A DNA stretch of 64,000 bases from a virus. The stretch's first letter is position 1, and each line of letters opens with the position of its first letter. The stretch lies in the IMG/VR virus record IMGVR_UViG_3300017989_000078. The stretch is one strand, 5' to 3'. The notes under the pieces are model-generated. The model saw only the letters and a list, made by a program, of their open reading frames with translations. It did no database searches and was not told the origin of the DNA. The position numbers and the translations under genes are program-made. This document shows, piece by piece, positions 9,766-18,312 of the stretch.

Positions 9766-10243
9766 TGGTGGTGTCGATGGTGGTATGTCGGCAGATCCGG
9801 AGGCAGTACGGCCGGCTGCTCTGATCGATGTACCTCCAGGTGTTGTGTTGACACCACGTGACGAAAATAACCGCCGTACAACGTTTCGCCCAGAACAGGA
9901 GTACAAATGCTTCCCGGTGGACCAATGGATTCAGTTAGGCAACTTGATCACGGATTACCGGTGGTTCTGGTACTACTCGATGCGTCTCGAGTCAAAGATT
10001 GCGTTGCTAGAGTCTCAGATTGGTAATTTGGAGATACAACTCGTGATATGGAAAGACACGCACGAGTCGACACAGCGCGCTCTGCTGTCCGTGAGTGGTC
10101 TGTTGGATAAGGAGCACGACGCCAGACTGCACACAGCGGCACGAGATAATCTGGAGCTATGGGGGTGGCGCATAAGTACTGTTCTGGGATTGGTTGCCGC
10201 TGGCGCATTTGGCGCTGCGTGGGGAGTGGAGCGAGCCAAATGA
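9683..10243 (+). CDS. secreted protein with C-terminal TM segment
   Basis: Signal-peptide-like MRLTMLHLLVTLTVLLSAAAALA and a C-terminal hydrophobic VLGLVAAGAFGAAWG. Start lies inside the previous gene in another frame. Confidence 0.45.
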   Translation: MRLTMLHLLVTLTVLLSAAAALADEDVDGGVDGGMSADPEAVRPAALIDVPPGVVLTPRDENNRRTTFRPEQEYKCFPVDQWIQLGNLITDYRWFWYYSMRLESKIALLESQIGNLEIQLVIWKDTHESTQRALLSVSGLLDKEHDARLHTAARDNLELWGWRISTVLGLVAAGAFGAAWGVERAK

Positions 10244-10914
10244 GGTACTGGGAACACGTCGCAGAGACATTCAACCAAGATGGTGTCGAGACATTGACCA
10301 ACAAGCTCACGATCGTAGATGGTGAGAAATGCGGGCACGACTTTTATGTGAAGGTTGGATGGTGGCGTGGACGTCCGGTATGGATAGATATTACAAAGGC
10401 GCGTCACTCCACGGAGGGGATTGGAGACACGGAGAACATCCATGGGGACGAACTATTGGTCGTTGTGGAGTTGCGCCGGCGCTTAATGGATGTGACCAGG
10501 ACGTCCCTAGAATTGATCTGTCGTGAGGCATCGCTGCTTCTTACGTCTCGCCGGTCGACATTGGATGACATGGCTCAATTGTGGCGTGTCACGACGATGG
10601 AACCGAAGGGGCGATGTTCACAGGTAGCTGACGAACTAGGTGACAGGGTGACAGGCCCGTTGGATGCGGTGGCCAAACTGATAAAACTCAGAGGTGGCGA
10701 GTGGGAGGCGAAGATGGCACATACTTATACTGAGGATCAGATCGAATTGATGCTCGAGAATTGCCAAGCGGCCGTGGAAGAGCGTAGGGATGATTTCACT
10801 GCCTGGGAGTTGAAGTTCATAGAGGAAGTCGAAGACGCAAACCAGACGCTGCACCTCACTGAAAACCAGATCGAGAAACTCGAGCAGATATGGGAAGAGC
10901 GTGGCTGTGGGTGA
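10240..10914 (+). CDS. hypothetical protein
   Basis: ATGA overlap at 10240-10243. Confidence 0.55.
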   Translation: MRYWEHVAETFNQDGVETLTNKLTIVDGEKCGHDFYVKVGWWRGRPVWIDITKARHSTEGIGDTENIHGDELLVVVELRRRLMDVTRTSLELICREASLLLTSRRSTLDDMAQLWRVTTMEPKGRCSQVADELGDRVTGPLDAVAKLIKLRGGEWEAKMAHTYTEDQIELMLENCQAAVEERRDDFTAWELKFIEEVEDANQTLHLTENQIEKLEQIWEERGCG

Positions 10915-11434
10915 TATAAAACAGATAGAGATTTCTAATCCTGAATCGATTGCCGATTATCTCATGGGCTCAGACAGTGTGTGTACGGAAGACGCAGACG
11001 TCACGGCCGATGGGATGTGGTTGTGCAAGATCCGAGACGGTCAAGTAACAGCGATTGGCTGTGATCATCCCAGGCATGGATGTCACCCTAAATACCGAGA
11101 GGCGTACGCTAAAGTGCGAAAGATCCTGTCGAAGTTACGCAAGGAACTAGATACTGGCCCGTGCCCGAAGTGTGGTGGCGCGGGGTGGCTGGACAACAAC
11201 ACGGCTGAGGCACGGCACACTATGTTGATGGCACTGACGTTTGGAATGTGGCGAGGAATCTCGTTCACACCAAGAGGGTTGCAACCTGGAAGTGCTGCTG
11301 ATACAATGGATTCGCTTCTGGCGGATCAATCATCCGCTGGTGCCTCTTCCGCCCCGGTAGGGATGGCTGCTCCCGCCGGGGCTTTTTTACAAGTTGAAGG
11401 CAAAGGAGAGGGTAATGGAAAAGACGACGGTTGA
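10901..11434 (+). CDS. hypothetical protein with CxxCxGxG zinc knuckle
   Basis: CPKCGGAG motif. GTG start overlaps the upstream end. Confidence 0.5.
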   Translation: MAVGDIKQIEISNPESIADYLMGSDSVCTEDADVTADGMWLCKIRDGQVTAIGCDHPRHGCHPKYREAYAKVRKILSKLRKELDTGPCPKCGGAGWLDNNTAEARHTMLMALTFGMWRGISFTPRGLQPGSAADTMDSLLADQSSAGASSAPVGMAAPAGAFLQVEGKGEGNGKDDG

Positions 11435-11867
11435 TGAGCAGGTTGGCAACGTGCAGGTAGATGTTACATGTTCCAACGAAACGAAGGTTGTAGGAAGGAT
11501 CACAGTGCCTACGAACGCAGGAACAAAGGGTTTTCTTTTGAGTTCGCGAGCGGTGTGGTCAGGATACAGGCCATTGCTTGAGGAGTACAGACTGCCACAA
11601 AAGATGCAGGGAGACGGTCAGAGTCTCCAGTGTCCACGGTGTGGTGGTTTACTATGTATCCAGGGCGAGACGAAAACGGCAAATGAAGCCGAACGTTTGA
11701 GCCGTGGAGGGAATGACACCAGATTGCGTGACGCGGCGCGTCGGAGGGCTATGGACGCTGCCAATCAAATGAAGGAGGGCAGTGTCGACATGCACATGCC
11801 CGCAGCTGGAATCAGTCCGGACATGATGCCGATCACACTGGGTAAGACCAGGATCGAGGCTCGTTGA
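11415..11867 (+). CDS. hypothetical zinc-ribbon protein
   Basis: AAAGGAGAGGG RBS before ATG 11415; CPRCGG motif. Confidence 0.5.
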   Translation: MEKTTVDEQVGNVQVDVTCSNETKVVGRITVPTNAGTKGFLLSSRAVWSGYRPLLEEYRLPQKMQGDGQSLQCPRCGGLLCIQGETKTANEAERLSRGGNDTRLRDAARRRAMDAANQMKEGSVDMHMPAAGISPDMMPITLGKTRIEAR

Positions 11868-12097
11868 TGGGCAGGGAGAAGAATTGGGAAACGATGACCC
11901 CAGAGGAAATCCAGGCGGAGAATTCGCGACTTGAACGCGAACTTTACCAAGCGTTGCACAGCAACGATAGACTGGCCAGGGAACTGGAGATGGTAAGGCG
12001 AGAGTTCAGAGCGGCGAAAGAGAATTGGTCAAAGAAGTGGCGAGGAATAGCGACCACAACCGCACGGATCCGTCCATCGACAGAACTTCCTGTCTAA
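11867..12097 (+). CDS. small coiled-coil protein
   Basis: TGATG overlap. Last gene before a 190-nt gap. Confidence 0.5.
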   Translation: MGREKNWETMTPEEIQAENSRLERELYQALHSNDRLARELEMVRREFRAAKENWSKKWRGIATTTARIRPSTELPV

Positions 12098-12212
12098 GTC
12101 TGAACGCACAACTCCATTCATAAATATTACCCACACATGTTGTGGCCACAGGTCTGAGTTCTAGTGGTCATCGGTGCCGGTAATAAAATATACAATCAAA
12201 TCATAAAAAAGG

Positions 12213-12240
12213 TTGACACGCACGGCGAAGGCTGTAATAT
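12213..12240 (+). promoter_or_regulatory. sigma70-type promoter P1 (TTGACA-16 nt-TAATAT)
   Basis: -35 at 12213-12218 and -10 at 12235-12240, with an A-tract just upstream. Lies in one of the few intergenic gaps. Confidence 0.6.
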
Positions 12241-12285
12241 GAACAGGTAGTGATGATTTGCGTGAATGCGCGGAAGGAGTTTCGG

Positions 12286-12486
12286 ATGGATGAATGTCAA
12301 AAAGCAGCTTTTGTATTTGCACAGGCAGTCGCAGCAATGGCGGAGATTGAGGGTATGAAGGCGGCTAATGCTAGTCAGGCAATGAAAAATGATTTTCCAT
12401 TGTACGATGAGAAGAAATTCATGGCCGTGATCGACGAGTATGGGTTGGGCTACAACACGCTCATGTCCGAACTGCGAGGGGGATGA
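12286..12486 (+). CDS. hypothetical protein
   Basis: GGAAGGAG RBS before ATG 12286. Confidence 0.5.
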   Translation: MDECQKAAFVFAQAVAAMAEIEGMKAANASQAMKNDFPLYDEKKFMAVIDEYGLGYNTLMSELRGG

Positions 12487-12492
12487 AAGGGG

Positions 12493-12807
12493 ATGCCAAT
12501 GAGTAGCGATACTAAGCCAAATGGTGGAACAATGTCTCGATGCTCTGGCGACGATTGCTTTCACTGTGACCTGCTGAAAGAGGCAGAAGCAGAGATCGAA
12601 GTCGAAGAAGAGAAGGATTGGTACTTCACATTTGGTTTCGGTCATATGTACAGACTTCAGTCAATGGCAGGCAAGTATGCAGTCTTCCATGGCACGTACG
12701 AAAGCGCCCGCGAGAAGATGATCGAGAAGTACCTTTTTAGGTGGGCCTTCCAGTACGGTTCGGCCGAAGAAGCTGGCGTCGATAGATGGAATTTAAAGAA
12801 AGTTTGA
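12493..12807 (+). CDS. hypothetical protein
   Basis: 104-aa ORF in the array. Confidence 0.55.
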   Translation: MPMSSDTKPNGGTMSRCSGDDCFHCDLLKEAEAEIEVEEEKDWYFTFGFGHMYRLQSMAGKYAVFHGTYESAREKMIEKYLFRWAFQYGSAEEAGVDRWNLKKV

Positions 12808-12842
12808 AGCACCGAGCTTAAACAAGTGAGGAAATAGACAGT

Positions 12843-13259
12843 ATGAAACCTTGTGATCAAATTGATATTTCAAAGAATTCTGGCGATTGTTTCCGTGCTG
12901 TAATAGCCAGCATATTGGAGTTGCATCTCTGTGAAGTTCCACACGTCTATCGTGATCATCCTGATAGTAGGGATGCTTGGAAAGCATTCCAAAGATGGGC
13001 GGCGACAGTTGGATTTAGCGTGGTTGAGATAGATACTAAATACACAAAAGAGGGTTGGTTTTTACCAGCTGAGGGGCAGCAATGTTGGCTGTGCGGTCCT
13101 TCACCGAGATTCGATGGTGTACAGCACGCGGTGGTTGGGAAATGGGAGAATGGACAGTACGTTATGACTCATGACCCACATCCAAGCCGCGCAGGGATTC
13201 CATCATTTGAGCAGGCCGGATTTTTTATCCAGATCGAACCATCAATCAGAAACAATTAA
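12843..13259 (+). CDS. hypothetical protein, possibly a papain-like cysteine peptidase
   Basis: SGDCFRAVIASIL (candidate nucleophile Cys) and QHAVVG...THDPHP (candidate His). Weak, motif-level only. Confidence 0.4.
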   Translation: MKPCDQIDISKNSGDCFRAVIASILELHLCEVPHVYRDHPDSRDAWKAFQRWAATVGFSVVEIDTKYTKEGWFLPAEGQQCWLCGPSPRFDGVQHAVVGKWENGQYVMTHDPHPSRAGIPSFEQAGFFIQIEPSIRNN

Positions 13260-13274
13260 TTTTGGAGAAGAAGA

Positions 13275-13952
13275 ATGACACGACGAGACTTTGACAACTA
13301 TGGCACACACCCAGGGATTGCGCGATGGGCAGTTGGGCACGCTACCAGATTGTGCGGGAAATACCATGATGGAAGGATCTTGGAGCCGTGTTGCGGCGAT
13401 GACGCGCCTTTTGCATCGGCCGGCAAGGAGGCTGGGCTATTTCCATTTGGATATGACATCCGTGATGTTGCCCCTGAACTATGGAGTGGACGGGATGCAG
13501 ACTACGTGTATCCCGATACGTCCGTGAATGAGTTCGCAACGCAGTGGTGGGATGGAAGGTTGTTTGACATAATAGCAACGAATCCGCCGTTTAGAATCGG
13601 GGAGAATGTTATTCGTAAGTCATTGGAGCTTTTGTCACCGTTTGGCTCCGCTGTTTTTCTAGTTAAGATGGCTTTCTTGGGCACGCAGGAACGTTCTAAG
13701 ATGTACATAGAACGGCCACCGGCGGAGATACACATTCTCACAAAGCGCCCATCTTTCTCAGGTGATGGCAAGACAGACGTGGCACAGGAGTACTGCCTTG
13801 TGTTCTGGCTAGGGGACGAACTGGACCGTATGTGGCGAAGGTGGAATAGACCGACGATGATCTCATGGCTGGACAACAAACCGTTGATGACAGACGCACA
13901 AGCGAAGCCACGCACTGTTGTCGAGAAAGGTGAAGAAGATGGCACGCAATGA
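13275..13952 (+). CDS. N6-adenine DNA methyltransferase
   Basis: LEPCCGDDAPF (motif I-like) and IATNPPF (NPPF catalytic motif IV). GGAGAAGAAG RBS. Confidence 0.8.
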   Translation: MTRRDFDNYGTHPGIARWAVGHATRLCGKYHDGRILEPCCGDDAPFASAGKEAGLFPFGYDIRDVAPELWSGRDADYVYPDTSVNEFATQWWDGRLFDIIATNPPFRIGENVIRKSLELLSPFGSAVFLVKMAFLGTQERSKMYIERPPAEIHILTKRPSFSGDGKTDVAQEYCLVFWLGDELDRMWRRWNRPTMISWLDNKPLMTDAQAKPRTVVEKGEEDGTQ

Positions 13953-14283
13953 TCAGATCCCATTGCCTGAATTCGATCCGATCACAGAGGCAAGCGAGTC
14001 GGACCTTGGCAAGAAGTTCCGTCAGTTCCACAGGATAAATCCCTGGGTGTACAAGGAGTTGCGAAGGTTGTCGCTTGAGATGGTGAAGCGAGGTCACAAG
14101 CACTACGGGATAGCTGGGCTGTTCGAGGTTCTGCGTTGGCAACGAGCAATGTCTACGTCGATGCAGGATGGTTTCAAACTGAATAACAACCACAAATCTT
14201 TCTACTCTCGGATGTTGATGTCCAACGAGTCAACCCTGGAGGGGTTCTTTCGTCTGAGAGCGAGTGAGGCCGACAATGAGTAG
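13939..14283 (+). CDS. hypothetical protein
   Basis: ATG 13939 overlaps the end of the MTase gene. Confidence 0.55.
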   Translation: MARNDQIPLPEFDPITEASESDLGKKFRQFHRINPWVYKELRRLSLEMVKRGHKHYGIAGLFEVLRWQRAMSTSMQDGFKLNNNHKSFYSRMLMSNESTLEGFFRLRASEADNE

Positions 14284-14704
14284 ACGCAAAATCAAGAAAG
14301 GCGATCACAAACCAAAGGTGCGTGGCCATCGAGGACAACAGGCTGTCCAGCGTAACGAACGGGAACGGACACGACGGATCATGCAGGAGCAAACCCGTCG
14401 CCGTCGGATGACCAGAGTGGATGAAAGCACAGGGGAGGAATACACTCTCTCACGTTTGACACTACAAAACAAGGATGACGGCTGGAAGTACAAGGATGCG
14501 CTGGACGCAGCCGTAGGTGCCGCTGATGTTACCGTGGAGGCGCAGGCAACTGCGATCCAGGAATTCATCCAAAGCTGGGTAGACGATAAGCGTCTCGTTC
14601 CTATTCCATGTGGCGTTAAAGAGATCCCTGTGTGCAAGGTGTACGGCGGCGAGAACAAGCGTGTTGTTGTTATGCGGCAAGACGTCCCAGGTGTAGTGCG
14701 ATGA
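14276..14704 (+). CDS. hypothetical basic protein
   Basis: ATG 14276 overlaps the upstream stop; Arg/Lys-rich N-terminus. Confidence 0.5.
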   Translation: MSRRKIKKGDHKPKVRGHRGQQAVQRNERERTRRIMQEQTRRRRMTRVDESTGEEYTLSRLTLQNKDDGWKYKDALDAAVGAADVTVEAQATAIQEFIQSWVDDKRLVPIPCGVKEIPVCKVYGGENKRVVVMRQDVPGVVR

Positions 14705-15549
14705 TGTCTTCTCGTCACAAAAGAATCGAGGCGTTGCGACGGTTGGCTATAGATCCCGGTGCGACCAGTGCTGAAAAGGAGAATGCACAGCGACGAATCG
14801 CGGAACACGAAGAGAAGTATGGTCATCATCATCGATCCGACCATGGCCCGAGGGTTCGCACTAGTAGGGTTAACGATGTCGGAGTCAACTGGGATATATT
14901 TGTGAATATGGTCAAAAGGGGTGTTGTATGGCCTGGACAAACTCCGTTCGACTACGCCGACTTCAGAGGCAGTACTGCTCCTGCAGAACCTGCTCCTGTA
15001 GATTATGACAAGCCGTTTACCGGGCGCAAGCTTTCTGAGTTCGCAGACTATGTGTGCGGACGATGGAGGGCGAGCACGGCGGGTTCCGGAAGTTTCGGGA
15101 TTGCTACTGGTGTTGCTTGTGATTCAATAACATCCGAGCATGTTACATTCTCTTGGAATTGCCCACAATGCGGCAGCAAAGCCACCAACAAGGTTCCATG
15201 GCAGGAGGCATCGTACGCGGCCGCAGAACCTGTGGCTATGGATAAGTTGCTGGGTAGGCTTTTCGCGATATGGAATGGTGAGTCAAACAATTGGTGTGAA
15301 AAATGTAGAAGGGAACGTGCTGGAGCACGGCATGGATCAGTATCTGCTTTCGAGAAAACATGGATAGCTGATTGCACTAGTGACGACAGCAATGTGGACG
15401 CGGAGATTGTCTTCCCTGATGGTTCGAAGGCAAAAGTGACAAGGTTCAGTTGTACCATTGGCCATGAAGAGGATGATCCAGAGATGCTATCACGTGGTCG
15501 TGCTGACGAGGTGAAGATTGCAACTCTTTTTGGAAAGGACAAGAAATGA
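14701..15549 (+). CDS. DUF2786-like N-terminus plus zinc-ribbon protein
   Basis: KRIEALRRLAIDPGATSAEKENAQRRIAEHEEKYG resembles DUF2786. CPQCG...CEKC pair. ATGA overlap. Confidence 0.5.
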   Translation: MMSSRHKRIEALRRLAIDPGATSAEKENAQRRIAEHEEKYGHHHRSDHGPRVRTSRVNDVGVNWDIFVNMVKRGVVWPGQTPFDYADFRGSTAPAEPAPVDYDKPFTGRKLSEFADYVCGRWRASTAGSGSFGIATGVACDSITSEHVTFSWNCPQCGSKATNKVPWQEASYAAAEPVAMDKLLGRLFAIWNGESNNWCEKCRRERAGARHGSVSAFEKTWIADCTSDDSNVDAEIVFPDGSKAKVTRFSCTIGHEEDDPEMLSRGRADEVKIATLFGKDKK

Positions 15550-16079
15550 AGGCAATAACACTATGGCCGGAGTGGGCATGGGCCATTTGCCGTCTCGGTA
15601 AGAACGTCGAGAACCGTACATGGAAGCCTCCGAAGTCAATTGTGGATGGAACTCCAATTGCGATCCATGCCGGTGTCACGTTAGGCGGTGGTCAACTGAG
15701 AGGCAAATTCAGTGCGGAGCAAGTATTTCAGCCAGTGGTCGAGATGGCTGAGAGGGCTGGGTGGCGCGTAGGTTTCGACATTGCGGAGAACATGATCAAG
15801 GCCTACTCGATACGAGAACCGATATCTCTTGGCGACAGGATGCTGTCCATTGGCAAAGGGTGTGTGGTTGCCGTCGGTGAGTTTGACGGGTTGCTCATCC
15901 CTGGCGTGGACGATCCGAGGGACTGGCCTTGGTGGGCTCCGGATCAGTTCGGATGGCGTTTGCGTAACATCCAGCAGCTGAAAAACAAAGTTCCGTGCCG
16001 AGGGCGTCAGCGTCTTTGGGGATTACCAGAAAACGCGCTTCAGCAAGTACTCGATAATTGCGATTTGTCAGATGGTTGA
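15546..16079 (+). CDS. ASCH/PUA-like domain protein
   Basis: MKAITLWPEWAWAICRLGKNVENRTW...IAIHAG resembles phage ASCH proteins. ATGA overlap. Confidence 0.5.
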   Translation: MKAITLWPEWAWAICRLGKNVENRTWKPPKSIVDGTPIAIHAGVTLGGGQLRGKFSAEQVFQPVVEMAERAGWRVGFDIAENMIKAYSIREPISLGDRMLSIGKGCVVAVGEFDGLLIPGVDDPRDWPWWAPDQFGWRLRNIQQLKNKVPCRGRQRLWGLPENALQQVLDNCDLSDG

Positions 16080-16638
16080 TAAGACGCAAGACTTGAGTTT
16101 GTGGCCACAAACCAGTAATATAACTCCCATGGAACATGTTATAGGAATCGACCCTGGTGCCAGTTCTGGATGGGGAGCAGTTTCAGTAGCTCCAAACCCT
16201 GCACTCTTGTTGTTCGACTCGATCACGTGGCCAAAACCAGGCACCAAAAAGGATCTGCCATCTAATACGCCCAGCGCCATCGTGGAAGAATTAGTGGGCA
16301 AGGTCGGGCAGTTAGGCCATACGATAGTGTGTGCGGCAATCGAGGATCAGTACCTCAGTGTGAATCCAGATTCCATGAAGAAGCTTGCACGCAATGGTGG
16401 CCGCTGGGAGGAGAGTTTCAGGCGTCTCGGAATACCTGTAGTGTGGATCAACACGCAGAAGTGGCAAAGCGCGGAGCTGGGTACGGCACGGATCAAAAGC
16501 GATGAGGTCAAGCGCCGATGTGCCATGAAGGTCCGAGGGTTGTGGAATGTCAAGATCGGACAACACGCAGCGGATGCAACTCTAATAGCCAGATACCATG
16601 CGGTGCGATTGGCGTACAGAAAGATGCGTGGCCAATGA
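16072..16638 (+). CDS. ruvC: RuvC-like Holliday junction resolvase
   Basis: VIGIDPGASSGWG, AAIEDQY and HAADATLIA acidic motifs. Alternative start ATG 16129 places M directly before VIGIDPG. Confidence 0.8.
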   Translation: MVDKTQDLSLWPQTSNITPMEHVIGIDPGASSGWGAVSVAPNPALLLFDSITWPKPGTKKDLPSNTPSAIVEELVGKVGQLGHTIVCAAIEDQYLSVNPDSMKKLARNGGRWEESFRRLGIPVVWINTQKWQSAELGTARIKSDEVKRRCAMKVRGLWNVKIGQHAADATLIARYHAVRLAYRKMRGQ

Positions 16639-16892
16639 ATGTGAACTGCCCACATTGCGGTAACTCTATCCAGATCGACGATGTGACAACAGACGAGCAG
16701 CGTGATGTTGGATTGATATATCTGAGCACAAAATGTGGATGGTGCAGTACCCGCATCGATGCCGCAGGCGTCGGGCTTGACGAGGCTAAGAGGGACATGT
16801 GGAACAAGATCAAGGAACGCAAGGGCGCATCACCTGAGCGTTGGAAGGTCAAGACCAGAAAGACACGTATGGGACGCAGGAGCAGAAGGTGA
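16635..16892 (+). CDS. zinc-ribbon protein
   Basis: ATGA overlap; CPHCG...CGWC. Confidence 0.5.
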   Translation: MNVNCPHCGNSIQIDDVTTDEQRDVGLIYLSTKCGWCSTRIDAAGVGLDEAKRDMWNKIKERKGASPERWKVKTRKTRMGRRSRR

Positions 16893-17053
16893 CAAAAAAA
16901 TCAAACAGAGATCAAATGCTGAAATTGAGAGTGACGCCTGAAGAGCGTGAGCGCCTGGAAACGCTGGCGTCCGATGCAGGCATGAGCTTGTCCGAATACA
17001 TGCGTAGAAGAGGGCTGATGAAGTCGATAAAAAGAAATAAGGGATTTAGATGA
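16889..17053 (+). CDS. ribbon-helix-helix (MobC/CopG-like) DNA-binding protein
   Basis: LKLRVTPEERERLETLASDAGMSLSEYMRRRGL. GTGA overlap at 16889; the longer ORF starts at 16841. Confidence 0.55.
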   Translation: MTKKSNRDQMLKLRVTPEERERLETLASDAGMSLSEYMRRRGLMKSIKRNKGFR

Positions 17054-17298
17054 GTGAGGACGCCAAATTGGTAGAGCAAGGACAGTGTCCGTCGTGTGAG
17101 CAATGGTTTGATGTCGAACAGGAAGTATTCATTGTTCCGTACGATGATGTTGATAGCGATGGAAACGAGACTGTTGATGTTTGTCTTGCGTGTGCTCCCA
17201 CCTGGTGGAAGGACAATACGAACGGGGGCGGGTGTCCTGGCTGTGGTTCAATCATATTGGTTGAGAGTGAATGCAATTTTCGGAGGGTAAGTGGATAA
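17050..17298 (+). CDS. zinc-ribbon protein
   Basis: CPSCEQW...CLAC...CPGCG; ATGA overlap. Confidence 0.5.
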   Translation: MSEDAKLVEQGQCPSCEQWFDVEQEVFIVPYDDVDSDGNETVDVCLACAPTWWKDNTNGGGCPGCGSIILVESECNFRRVSG

Positions 17299-18031
17299 GG
17301 TAACTGAGCAGGAGATTGCTGCCGTCGTTGTTATGTATCTGGAGCAACTAGGATGGGATGTTTTCCATGAGGTCGAATATGGGTCGCGCAGGGCGGACAT
17401 CGTGGCAACGAATGGCCCACTGGTTCGTGTCATCGAGGTAAAGACGTCGTTTACAGCAGCACTAATCGAGCAGGCCTGGCACTGGAGGGGCCTTGCCAAC
17501 TTAGTACACGTTGCCGTTCCTCGTTTGAAGACGTCCTCCCATGTCCGGGGCCGAAGGGTCCTGACCCGATTTTGTAACGATCATGGGATCGGCGTGTTTG
17601 CTGTTGATGATACTTGTATGCGCAAAAGTCGTGGCGACTACACATCAGTTAGAAGAGTCGTTGAGACGGAACAGGCACGGCTCGAAAGGCGTATCCCAGA
17701 CTGGTTGCGATCCGCACTTCGTGATGAACACAAAAAGTGGGGGCAGGCTGGCAATGCAAATAATAGGTATTGGACACCGTTCAAAGGGACGTGTGAACAG
17801 TGGAGACGATACGTAGAAAGTAACCCAGGTTGCACTCTCAAAGAGATTGTCAAAGCAGTGGATCACCATTACGCGTCCGACAATTCTGCAAAAGGATCCA
17901 TGATTGGGTTAATCCAAAGGGGCATCGTTCCTGGTATCGAGTCACGGCGTGACGGCAGGAAATGGACACTATGGCCGAAGAAGGACCCGCCAAGAATAGC
18001 AGGTCACGGGAGAGAAGGGACTAAAATTTAA
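17291..18031 (+). CDS. PD-(D/E)xK-type nuclease-like protein
   Basis: GWDVFHEVE...RADIVA...VIEVKTS matches an E / D / ExK arrangement. Confidence 0.55.
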   Translation: MDKVTEQEIAAVVVMYLEQLGWDVFHEVEYGSRRADIVATNGPLVRVIEVKTSFTAALIEQAWHWRGLANLVHVAVPRLKTSSHVRGRRVLTRFCNDHGIGVFAVDDTCMRKSRGDYTSVRRVVETEQARLERRIPDWLRSALRDEHKKWGQAGNANNRYWTPFKGTCEQWRRYVESNPGCTLKEIVKAVDHHYASDNSAKGSMIGLIQRGIVPGIESRRDGRKWTLWPKKDPPRIAGHGREGTKI

Positions 18032-18033
18032 TT

Positions 18034-18309
18034 ATGGAACAGCAAGGATCAAGACTGCCGGCGATTGTAACACCGGCGGATCTGGAAAAAGCACTTGGGC
18101 TGTGGATGTTTGTTGTCAGACATCACGACGGACAATCTGGAAAAATCGAACTACGTTTGCGGCGACCATGGCATATTCTCGGGCGACGGTTCCACCTGTG
18201 GGTGGCGCAGAAGGTCAGTGCCATTGTTGCGTGGAGACTTCCGATTGGTGTGAGTCTGTGCGTTTGGCGAAACTACAAGAAAGATAAGAAGACGGTCTCA
18301 CAGGAGTAG
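18034..18309 (+). CDS. hypothetical protein, paralogue of 19362-19703
   Basis: ALGLWMFVVRHHDGQSGKIELRLRRPWHILGRRFHLWV aligns with ALGWWMFVLDHYGGHTCHIELRLRRPWRILGKRFHQWV. Confidence 0.55.
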   Translation: MEQQGSRLPAIVTPADLEKALGLWMFVVRHHDGQSGKIELRLRRPWHILGRRFHLWVAQKVSAIVAWRLPIGVSLCVWRNYKKDKKTVSQE

Positions 18310-18312
18310 ACA

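Noticed and set aside
9683-10243. o-spanin annotation
   Set aside because: The embedded position fits, but there is no lipobox cysteine after the signal peptide, and the protein has a C-terminal TM segment.
10240-10914. TSCPD-domain (ribonucleotide-reductase-associated) similarity
   Set aside because: Only a vague CG..YV....P.WI.I resemblance; too weak to annotate.
14305-14940. 211-aa minus-strand ORF
   Set aside because: It overlaps two well-coupled + strand genes and shows no motifs.
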